Shown piece by piece: positions 44,341 to 52,993 of a stretch of 64,000 nt of DNA. The position numbers were made by a program, and so were the translations under genes. This DNA is from Candidatus Hydrogenedentota bacterium (GTDB lineage Bacteria > Hydrogenedentota > Hydrogenedentia > Hydrogenedentales > SLHB01), in assembly GCA_963674865.2 (NCBI GenBank), contig CAXXYE010000004.1:256001-320000 (forward strand), given 5' to 3'. The notes below the pieces were generated by a model. It had not been told where the DNA came from and made no database searches. It was given only the letters and a program-made list of their open reading frames with translations. The first letter of the stretch is position 1. Every line of letters starts with the position of its first letter.

Positions 44341-46497
44341 ATGCGAGTGCAAGGCTATGTAGCGGGAGCGATGCTGCTGCTGTCGAGTTTCGCTGTCTTT
44401 GCTTCGGGGGAGCCTCGGGAGTGGCCGGCATGGCGTGAGGTCCCGGATGGCAGGTTCGGCATTGCCCACGGCGGCGTGGCCGTTCGAGGACGCCTGCCTT
44501 TGCACGATTTCTACCTCATGGAACAGGCCGGGATCACATGGACGCGCGTGACGCCGGAGCAAGTTTTGAATTGGTGGGGCGCGACGGAACTCGGCAATCT
44601 CGAGTGGACGCCATGGGCGCGTCTTGACAATTTCCTTGGGGAGGCCGCGTGTCATGGCGTGAACACACTTATGCTTCTGTCGCAGCCCATGGGCCACATG
44701 CAAACCGAGGATGGCAAGCATGTCTATACATACATACCTGCCGAGGGGGAGCGCTTTGATGAACACATCCGGTTTGTGCGGGAGCTGGCCGCCCGGTGCA
44801 AGGGGAAAGTGCATGTTTGGGAATTCGTCAACGAGATGAATCTCCACCACTACCGCTATGGTGTTCCGAGCGTGGACGAATACCTGGCGTGGCTCAAACC
44901 GACGTACGAGGCGATCAAGAAAATCGACCCGGAGGCCCGCCTGACTAGCGGCGGGTTTGGCTACCGCCCGATCCCCTATCTCCGGGAGATGATGGAGAAG
45001 GGCGCGGGGGCGTTTTTTGACATCCTGAACGTTCACTATTATCCAAATAGGCCGGAGGACATGTTTTTCGAATGGGTCGAGGAACTCCGCGATATTCTCA
45101 AGGAGTACGGCCTGAACAAGCCGATCTGGATTACGGAAATCGGTTGGACGACCTCCGAGGGCAGCACAAGTGAGGAGGATCACGGCGATTACATGAGCCG
45201 GGCGGCGGTCATGTGCCTGGCCAGCGGCGTGTCCGTCGTGTTTCCCCACATGATCGGCTGCTTCGGACTCGAGCCAACGGATGATGAGTTCAATTTCGGC
45301 CTGCTGCGGGTGGATGATTCGCCCAAACCGGCGTGGACGTCATACAAGTCTACGATCCGCCAGCTTTGGGGGAAGGATTTCGTGGGCGACATCCTGGGTG
45401 AATTCGGCGACGTGCGCGGATATCTCTTTGAACGCGGCGAAGAGCGGACGGTTGCCTTATGGGCGCTCTATGGGCCTGAAGAGCTCGTGCTCCCGGTGGA
45501 TACGCCGCTGCTTACGATTGTGGACGCCTATGGCAAGCCCGTTTTCCCAAGCATCGACGGCGGCGAACTGAGACTAAGCCTGAGCGAAACGCCCGTCTTC
45601 GTGACGGGCCGCCCACTGGAAGCATTGCGGCGCCGGGCGTGCGTACGCGTCACGGCTCCGGTAGACGCCGCGCTGTCCGGCACGCCACTGCCCGTCGGCT
45701 TGGCCGTGGCCTCGAACACCCTCCAGTCGCAAGGCGTAGCCGTGCAGGCCAGGGCATTTCCCGCGGGCACGGTTGAGCCTAGTGAGGCCACTTTCACGGC
45801 GGGACAGGCGCCGGTAGAGGTGGCTTTCATCCTCACGCCTGAGGAATTGACAGGCGGCGATCTGGCCACGGGCATCGAATTCACCGTGAAATACGAAGAC
45901 GGGGCCAAGGTCGAGCGTCAATTCCGCCGGTTCATGCCGTATCCATGGCTCATCTGCGGGCCCTTTCCCAATCCTGAAGGCGAAGTGAAAGAACCTGTCG
46001 ATGGTACGGGGCTGGACATCGACTACCTTGTCGAACACGGCGGAGAAGCCTCCATCGAACCTGTTTTGGGTATGACGCACACGGGCTCACTCGCGCCTGA
46101 CGGGGCCGCTGTTTGGCGCAAAGCCACCGAGTATCGTGGGGAACGTGTGGGCTTCGAGCGTGAATTCACAGAGAGCCGCATAGGGGTGGCCTATGCCTAC
46201 GTGAGCATCCATGCCGACAAAGCCGGCCCGGTGAAGTTCGTCTTGGGGAGTAATGACGGCGTGAAGGTGTGGGTAAACCACAAGCTTATCCACCACAACC
46301 ACCGCCATCGAAACTCCTATCGCGAGACGGACATCTTGACGGTGAATCTCAACGAAGGCGAGAATCCGTGTCTGGTAAAGGTGGAGCAGGTCGGCGGCAA
46401 GTGGAACTTCTATCTCCACCCGTGGCGCAAGGGCGACCCTCCCGTCTCGATGGTGGGGGGCATGCAGGTGGCGGCACCGTTTTTCGTCGCCCCGTGA
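44341..46497 (+). CDS. Secreted clan GH-A glycoside hydrolase (GH39/GH5-like) with C-terminal beta-sandwich domain
   Basis: Signal peptide; acid/base WEFVNEMN, FDILNVHYY, nucleophile PIWITEIGW, FGLL...PKPA; C-terminal WLICGPF...GSNDGVKVWVN; GGAGG RBS. Confidence 0.8.
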   Translation: MRVQGYVAGAMLLLSSFAVFASGEPREWPAWREVPDGRFGIAHGGVAVRGRLPLHDFYLMEQAGITWTRVTPEQVLNWWGATELGNLEWTPWARLDNFLGEAACHGVNTLMLLSQPMGHMQTEDGKHVYTYIPAEGERFDEHIRFVRELAARCKGKVHVWEFVNEMNLHHYRYGVPSVDEYLAWLKPTYEAIKKIDPEARLTSGGFGYRPIPYLREMMEKGAGAFFDILNVHYYPNRPEDMFFEWVEELRDILKEYGLNKPIWITEIGWTTSEGSTSEEDHGDYMSRAAVMCLASGVSVVFPHMIGCFGLEPTDDEFNFGLLRVDDSPKPAWTSYKSTIRQLWGKDFVGDILGEFGDVRGYLFERGEERTVALWALYGPEELVLPVDTPLLTIVDAYGKPVFPSIDGGELRLSLSETPVFVTGRPLEALRRRACVRVTAPVDAALSGTPLPVGLAVASNTLQSQGVAVQARAFPAGTVEPSEATFTAGQAPVEVAFILTPEELTGGDLATGIEFTVKYEDGAKVERQFRRFMPYPWLICGPFPNPEGEVKEPVDGTGLDIDYLVEHGGEASIEPVLGMTHTGSLAPDGAAVWRKATEYRGERVGFEREFTESRIGVAYAYVSIHADKAGPVKFVLGSNDGVKVWVNHKLIHHNHRHRNSYRETDILTVNLNEGENPCLVKVEQVGGKWNFYLHPWRKGDPPVSMVGGMQVAAPFFVAP

Positions 46498-46653
46498 AAC
46501 AGTGGCCATGGTGCGGCACCTGCAGAATCCCGCGAGTGTTGGGGGACGGGACACCGTTTAATCAGGGGCATTCAAGCCACGGTAACCTTGTTCTGAGGCG
46601 ATTTGAGAGAAGATAAGGGGATTCTGCGGCAAGCTCTTGCCCCTTGGAGGCGA

Positions 46654-46680
46654 GGAACTCCTTTCGGGCGTGGAACGTTG
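46654..46680 (+). promoter_or_regulatory. Candidate ECF sigma-factor promoter upstream of the macroglobulin-pbpC operon
   Basis: GGAAC-N17-CGTTG. Confidence 0.45.
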
Positions 46681-46798
46681 AGGGGATTCGAGATATTAAC
46701 CACGAGGGGCTGGGGGCCTTGCCGGGTGGTGGCAGGTATCACTAGAGTAGGGCCTCGCCGCTCGCCATGGCCAATTATCTGCAAGGAGACACGGGAAG

Positions 46799-49700
46799 AT
46801 GTCCAGGAACTTGACACAGAAACTCGCCTATCCACTTGCCTTATCTCTGGCGGCGATAGCGATCCTGAGCGGCGTGTACCTCGCCTCCGTCGCCAAGAAT
46901 GAGGATGAGGCGCCCTCGGGCGCCGCCAGGGCCGAAGGGGAGCAACCGGCGGCGTCGCTGCCCGCAGCGCCCGCGGGCGAGGCCGGGATAGTTGCCACGG
47001 ACACACATTCCGCGAACGGCCCGCCCGATGAGGAGCCGCCGGAAGCGGGGCCGCCTCTCCGACTGGCTGAGCCGCAGGAAGGGATGCTGAACATCATCGG
47101 CATGATCCCTTTGCACGGCCAGAGGCTGGAGAAGCAGATTGTTTTGTTCTTCGACGATGACATCGTGCTGCCTACGTCTCCTGATGGAACGCCGGGCGAA
47201 CCGTTTACACTCTCTCCTCCTCTCAAGGGGCAATTCCGTGTTGAAAGAAACTACGCGGCCTTCCTGCTCACGCCCAACCAAAGCCTTCCGCCGTCGGCCT
47301 ATTTTGACCTCTGTGTCGAGCCAGGTATCCGCTCGAAAGACGGTAAGGCGCTTGGGCGTGAGCAGGGCAATCTGCGCGTTGCCATGTTCGCGTTTGAGCC
47401 TCAACGGGTGTGGCTGCTTGAGAAGAACGAGGAGCGAACCGTTCTCGGCATCTTCTTCCCGGTAACGGTTGACGTCGGGGCGCTCCGTGCCTGTCTCGAA
47501 GTGAGGGATGGCTCGGACAGGGAAGTTCCGTTCTCCCTGGAATACGGCACGTCGAAGCAGTCTTTCCGCCTCTTTGTGGATAGCAAGGCGGAGATTCCGC
47601 TGAAGCTGAAGGTTGAGGCGGGGCTACGGGACGCGCAAGGCCAGTTCACGCTGGCGCTGGATCGTACGTTCACCTATCCGGCGGATCCCTTCTTCCATGT
47701 TGAGGAAGTGAAGTGGGGCGGACGATCGCAGAATCACCAAGATTTGCTGATCCGTTTCACCAAGCCTGTGCGCGGCGAGGAACTGAGGTGGCACGCCGTC
47801 TTCACCAATATGGCCGACAAAGAGCGGATATCCTTTGACGTGCCTGATAAGGGGCTAAACACACAGCAACGCGTCCGGCTCATGAGAAAGGGCGATGAGG
47901 GAGCCGTCCGTGTAGCGCTTTCGGCCGATCTGCCGGGTGAGCAGGCGACGCGTCTGGTGGAGGACTACACCGAGGTGCTCCCGCCCGCCCCGGTGCCTTT
48001 GGCGGTATCGGGGACGCAATGGGGGCCTTCAGCTAACAACGAGTACGTCCTCTTCATCCGCTTCTCCAGTCCCGTGGCGCGCGAGGATCTGGAGGAGCAC
48101 CTCACCATCGTGGACGAGAAGACGAGCGAGCCGCTCGAGTACACCATCGACACGCGCCAGATCGCTGACAGTCACCGTGTGAGGTTTTCCTACCTTTCGC
48201 CTGAAGGGCCGCGCGTCACCTTGAGCGTTTCGGATGGCCTGACGGCGCCAGACAAGTCCGTCCTGCTCGAATCCTACACGACATCGCTCAAGTGGAGTCC
48301 GCCGAAGCTCTACATTCACAACCTTGCCTATCAAACTGAGGGTGCTGCCGGGATCGTCGTTCGCGTGAGGCTGAATAGGATAATCAATGTGACGGATCTT
48401 CAGAAGCATCTGCAGGTCTTTCCGGACGTCGGCGAGGTGCGGGCGGTTGCGGGGAACCGGATGCAATACACGCTGTACGCGAAGTGGCGTATGGACGTTC
48501 CCTACGAAATACGCGTCCAGCCGGGCGTCAAGTTCGCTGACGGCTCGCTTAGCAGCAATACCGCAACGCGCTCATTCACCATCAACGACCTTCGGCCGGC
48601 CCTCGCGTTCAGCCACCCGGGCAAGTACTACTTCACCATGCGCGAGGGGACTCCGCTGAGCATTCAATCTTTCGGGCTCCACCAGACGCGGGTGACGGTT
48701 CACCGGGTGTTTCCTTCAAACGTTGTCTACGCCTTGGGGAGACTGACGCAGGAGGAGGAATACGACTTCCGTCGAAGGGGGGCGCGCGAATCCGTAGACG
48801 ACACCATCGCGCAGTGGGCTGAGAAGTTGTATGAGAAGAACATAGAGCTTGCCTACGGCCGGGGGGAGGTCACCGATACCAACCTGGACATGGCGGACGT
48901 CTTGCCCGCAGACAAGCGGGGCGTTTTCTGTCTTGAGGCCGAGTGTAAGGTCGGTGACATCAATTACCGTGCCGAGAAGCTGGTTATGTTCACAAACATC
49001 GGCCTGCTCTCGCACTGGCAAGATGATCAGGTGGTCCTTTTCGCCCACGACTTGATGACGCTGGCGCCGCTTCAACGGGCGCGTGTGTCGATCTACTCGA
49101 CGAAGAGGCAACTGATGCACATGGGATACACCGACGGGAGCGGGGTCCTCCGCGCCGGCGGATTCGATACGGAACTTGGGGAGCCGCAGTTGGCCATCGT
49201 CGAGTTCGGGGATGATACAGCGTTTCTCGAACTCATTCCGAGGAAGGATGATACGGCCGCGATCAAGCCAGGCATGCCGCGGTACGATAGCGAGGCATAC
49301 GACGCCTTCCTGTACGCCGACCGCGATCTATATCGGCCGGGCGAGACCGTCCACTTGCGCTGGATGGTTCGCACGGATTTCGGCGATGCGCTGGCTGATG
49401 TACCTCTTGAGTTCGTGATCGGCGGGCCGAGGAATCGGGAAATCCGGCGGCAGCCGACGACCTTGTCGGCCTTCGGGACGAACGGATTCGACTATGTGAC
49501 GTCGAAGACCGATCCCACCGGGGAGTACAGAGTCGAGCTGAGGCTGCCGGGCTCGCATGACGCGCCCATCGGCTCCTACCGATTCCGGCTTGAGGAGTTT
49601 GTGCCGAACCGGCTGAAGACGACCGTGGAACTGCCTGCCAAGGAAATGCGGCCGGATACGGAATATCCGATTGTGGTCAAGGCGGAGCACCTGTTCGGAG

Positions 49701-52700
49701 CGAGCGGCGCGGATCGCAAGAGCGCATGCGAAGTTGTGCTGGAGAAAAGCGACTGGAAGCCCGAAGCCTGGCCGGGATACCGCTTCTCGAATGACAGACA
49801 CTTCACCCGCGACCGCGTCAACTGTGGTGAAGAGCAGACGGATGAGGACGGTAAGGCCACCTATACGTTCTCCTATGTCCCGGTGGCCGATGCAACATTC
49901 CCGCTGCGCGTTACGGCCTTCGGCAGCGTGTTCGAGCTGGGGGGGCGAGTGGTGACGCAGAAGGCCGATGCCGTCTTTTTTCCCTCGGACATATGCCTTG
50001 GAGTCCGCGCCAGCAAGCCGTCGGACGGCTCGGGCGTCGAGGTGCACGTCGCGGCCGTCACGCCCGATGGCGCGCCCGCGGACCTCACGTCCGTCAAAGT
50101 GACGCTGGAGCGGCAGGTGTGGGACTACTATATCCGGCGCTACGATAGCCGCTACGAATCCAATTGGGCGGACTCGTATGAGGAAATTGAGACGCGCGAG
50201 GTGCCGCTCGACGCGGGACGTGGGGCGGTAACGATGGACGTGAAGGGATACGGAAGATACCGCGTTCGCGTCCACTCGGAGCAAACGCCGCAATTCAGCA
50301 CGTTGTCTTTCCACTCCTATTGGTACGGGGCCCAGATCTCTTTCGGCGATAGCGCCCGGCCCACATTGATCAAGCTGGAGGTGGATAAAGAGCGCTACCG
50401 CCCCGGGGACGAGGCGGTGCTGCTTGTGGAGTCGCCCTTTGACGGGCGGGGCCTGGTGGTGGTCCAGGGCGAGGCGATCCAAAACATGATCCCCTTCGAG
50501 ATCAAGGGCAATAAGGCTGAGGTAAAGGTGCCTATCACGGCGGAGAACGTGCCCAATCTGTGGCTCGAGGTGACGGCGCTGCATGAGCTGAAAACCGACC
50601 GCGCCCAGGTCTACCCCTTCTCGAGTTTCGCCATGATCCCGCTGCGCGTCGAGCATGCCAATCGCGTTTTGCACGTAGAATTCCCGGGATTGCCGGAGGA
50701 GATCCGGCCCGCCACCGGGGCGCAATTCGAGATAAGCGTGCGCGACGGCGAAGGAAAACCGGTTCAGGCGGAACTCACGCTCGCGGCCGTGGATGAGGGC
50801 ATTCACGCGATTACGGACTATCGCACGCCGGATCCCTATGGCTTCTTCTCGCGGCCCCGGCAGCCGGACTACCGGCGCGCCCACTACTACGACAAAGTGG
50901 CGTACTCCTTTGACAAGCCTGGTTTCGGCGGCGGGTCGGAGCGGAGTAAGCGCGCCCTTACCATCGGGGAGAACTGGATCAGGCCGGTGGCGCTGTGGTC
51001 GGGCGTGGTCGAAACAGACGCCGAGGGCAAGGCTCTTGTTTCGATGGACTTGCCGGAGTTCACGGGACAGCTCCGCCTGGTGGCCGTGGCGTGCTCCGCG
51101 ACGGCAAGCGGGGCGGGCAGTGGAAACGTGTTCGTCAGGCGGCCGTTTGTCCTTCGCACCAGCATGCCGCGTTTCATGCTGCCCGGTGACGTGGCCGACT
51201 GCGCCGCCATCGTCTTCAACACGACGGAGCAGCCGGCTCAGGCAGCAATATCTTGGACTGCGTCGGGGCCGGTAAGCACCGAAGGCGGCGAGGAGCGCCT
51301 TGAAATCGGGCCAAAGGCCGAGGGGCGGGCCTTGGCGCGTTTCACTGCCGCTCAGGGCGTCGGACAGGGGCATATCACGTGGCGTGTCGTCGTAACCGAT
51401 GCGCAAGGCCACCAACTGGAAGACCTTAAGCTGGAGGCGCCGATGCCCGTGCGCCCCTCATCGAGCTATCAGTCCGACTATCAGTTCGCCGTATTGGATC
51501 CGGGACAGACTCGCGCCTTCAAGAATGAGCGGTTCCTCGAGAACGCGTGGGCGGAGTGTCATATCTCCGTCACGGCGGATCCGCTTTCGCGACTCGAACC
51601 GGCGCTGAAATACCTCATCGACTACCCCTACGGGTGCATTGAGCAAACGGTTTCGCGCCTTATGCCGCTGTACTTGCTGCGGTCGAGCCGAGCGACGCTC
51701 GGGCATGCGGCAGAGGATAGCGAGGCACTGAGTACGATTATCGAGGCAGGTATCCAGCGTATTTTCTCAATGCAGATGCCGAACGGCGGACTGGCGGCTT
51801 GGCCGGGCGGCTATCGCACCTATCCGTACGGCTCTCTGTATGCGCTCCACTTCCTGACGCTGGTGAAGAATGATCGCCAGTTCCCTGTCCCCGGCGCGCC
51901 GTATAACGGGCTCCAGCAGTACGCGCGGACAGTCGCCTCCGATTGGTCGGACGCTTCCGAGTCGCACCTGTACCAGCGGGCTTATGCGCTGTACGTGTTG
52001 ACGCTGGGGGGAGATCTCGAGGCGGCCAAGCAGATTGGGCGGTTCGACAACATCAAGATGCCGCAGCCGGGGCGGTATCTCCTGGCCGCGGCTCTGGCGC
52101 GGGCGACGCAGGACGCCGATCGCGTCAAGATGTATCTCACGGAAATGCCATCCGTTCCCTACGAGGTGGTCGAGCAGTCCGGGAGTCTCAGTTCAGACAT
52201 CCGCAATGTTGCCGTCGAACTCATGGCGCTACACCAGATGGGCGGCGAGCCCGATGAGGTCCACGCGCGGGCGGAGACGCTGATCCGCTATTTCGAATGG
52301 CGGCGGCATGGGAATACGCAGGAGACTGCTTTCGCCGTCACGGCCTTGTGCGAGTATCTGGGCGAACTGGCGGCGGGACTCGAGAGCCCTTCGGCTACTA
52401 TCGCCGGGCCTTCGGGCAGCATGGGCATCGCGGATCAAGGCCTTTACGTCGATAGCCACCAAGGCCCGGGCGCTGAATACACCGTGACGAACACGGGCCA
52501 ATCGCCCATGTTTGTCAATCTCACTACCAAGGGCTTTCTCGCGAAATCCGAGACTGCCGCTGTCCGCGAAGGCGTCGGCGTGGAGCGGATTATCCTGACA
52601 AAGGAGGGGATGCCCATAGAGGATACGGCCGTGAGGCAAACGGACACGTACGTCGTGCATCTCACGATCCACGCCGATGCGCGCAGGGACAACCTTGTTG

Positions 52701-52993
52701 TGGTGGACATGCTGCCGGCCGGCTTCGAGATCGAGAATCCGAGGCTCACCAAGAACATCCCGGAGCTTGACGGGCTGGACAGAGTCACGCCGTCTCATAC
52801 GGATATCCGCGATGACAGGATTATCCTGGTTTTTGACTATGTCATGAAAGGAACCTATCACTACCACTATGTCGTTCGTGCCGTGACGCCGGGGGTCTTT
52901 CAGTATCCCGCCGCGGCGGCGGAGTGCATGTACGACGCGCAGATCCACGGGAACTCATTGCCCACCACGATCACGGTGAGCCGTGCGGAGTAA
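46799..52993 (+). CDS. Bacterial alpha-2-macroglobulin (YfhM-like) with thioester motif
   Basis: N-terminal TM helix; DRDLYRPGETV, EEFVPNRL, LAAVDEGI, LPEFTGQLRL, thioester YPYGCIEQ, DMLPAGFEIENP, RAVTPG...AECMY. Confidence 0.95.
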   Translation: MSRNLTQKLAYPLALSLAAIAILSGVYLASVAKNEDEAPSGAARAEGEQPAASLPAAPAGEAGIVATDTHSANGPPDEEPPEAGPPLRLAEPQEGMLNIIGMIPLHGQRLEKQIVLFFDDDIVLPTSPDGTPGEPFTLSPPLKGQFRVERNYAAFLLTPNQSLPPSAYFDLCVEPGIRSKDGKALGREQGNLRVAMFAFEPQRVWLLEKNEERTVLGIFFPVTVDVGALRACLEVRDGSDREVPFSLEYGTSKQSFRLFVDSKAEIPLKLKVEAGLRDAQGQFTLALDRTFTYPADPFFHVEEVKWGGRSQNHQDLLIRFTKPVRGEELRWHAVFTNMADKERISFDVPDKGLNTQQRVRLMRKGDEGAVRVALSADLPGEQATRLVEDYTEVLPPAPVPLAVSGTQWGPSANNEYVLFIRFSSPVAREDLEEHLTIVDEKTSEPLEYTIDTRQIADSHRVRFSYLSPEGPRVTLSVSDGLTAPDKSVLLESYTTSLKWSPPKLYIHNLAYQTEGAAGIVVRVRLNRIINVTDLQKHLQVFPDVGEVRAVAGNRMQYTLYAKWRMDVPYEIRVQPGVKFADGSLSSNTATRSFTINDLRPALAFSHPGKYYFTMREGTPLSIQSFGLHQTRVTVHRVFPSNVVYALGRLTQEEEYDFRRRGARESVDDTIAQWAEKLYEKNIELAYGRGEVTDTNLDMADVLPADKRGVFCLEAECKVGDINYRAEKLVMFTNIGLLSHWQDDQVVLFAHDLMTLAPLQRARVSIYSTKRQLMHMGYTDGSGVLRAGGFDTELGEPQLAIVEFGDDTAFLELIPRKDDTAAIKPGMPRYDSEAYDAFLYADRDLYRPGETVHLRWMVRTDFGDALADVPLEFVIGGPRNREIRRQPTTLSAFGTNGFDYVTSKTDPTGEYRVELRLPGSHDAPIGSYRFRLEEFVPNRLKTTVELPAKEMRPDTEYPIVVKAEHLFGASGADRKSACEVVLEKSDWKPEAWPGYRFSNDRHFTRDRVNCGEEQTDEDGKATYTFSYVPVADATFPLRVTAFGSVFELGGRVVTQKADAVFFPSDICLGVRASKPSDGSGVEVHVAAVTPDGAPADLTSVKVTLERQVWDYYIRRYDSRYESNWADSYEEIETREVPLDAGRGAVTMDVKGYGRYRVRVHSEQTPQFSTLSFHSYWYGAQISFGDSARPTLIKLEVDKERYRPGDEAVLLVESPFDGRGLVVVQGEAIQNMIPFEIKGNKAEVKVPITAENVPNLWLEVTALHELKTDRAQVYPFSSFAMIPLRVEHANRVLHVEFPGLPEEIRPATGAQFEISVRDGEGKPVQAELTLAAVDEGIHAITDYRTPDPYGFFSRPRQPDYRRAHYYDKVAYSFDKPGFGGGSERSKRALTIGENWIRPVALWSGVVETDAEGKALVSMDLPEFTGQLRLVAVACSATASGAGSGNVFVRRPFVLRTSMPRFMLPGDVADCAAIVFNTTEQPAQAAISWTASGPVSTEGGEERLEIGPKAEGRALARFTAAQGVGQGHITWRVVVTDAQGHQLEDLKLEAPMPVRPSSSYQSDYQFAVLDPGQTRAFKNERFLENAWAECHISVTADPLSRLEPALKYLIDYPYGCIEQTVSRLMPLYLLRSSRATLGHAAEDSEALSTIIEAGIQRIFSMQMPNGGLAAWPGGYRTYPYGSLYALHFLTLVKNDRQFPVPGAPYNGLQQYARTVASDWSDASESHLYQRAYALYVLTLGGDLEAAKQIGRFDNIKMPQPGRYLLAAALARATQDADRVKMYLTEMPSVPYEVVEQSGSLSSDIRNVAVELMALHQMGGEPDEVHARAETLIRYFEWRRHGNTQETAFAVTALCEYLGELAAGLESPSATIAGPSGSMGIADQGLYVDSHQGPGAEYTVTNTGQSPMFVNLTTKGFLAKSETAAVREGVGVERIILTKEGMPIEDTAVRQTDTYVVHLTIHADARRDNLVVVDMLPAGFEIENPRLTKNIPELDGLDRVTPSHTDIRDDRIILVFDYVMKGTYHYHYVVRAVTPGVFQYPAAAAECMYDAQIHGNSLPTTITVSRAE

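Noticed and set aside
15924..46555. Short intergenic GGGGACGG(A/G)AC-like motifs at 15924-15941 (reverse), 40468-40478 and 46542-46555 as a REP-like family
   Set aside because: Too short and dissimilar, not clearly palindromic, and plausible by chance at this GC content; needs a genome-wide count.
49328..51415. 695-aa minus-strand ORF
   Set aside because: Antisense shadow of the macroglobulin gene; Arg/His/Ala-rich with no motifs, as expected in GC-rich DNA.
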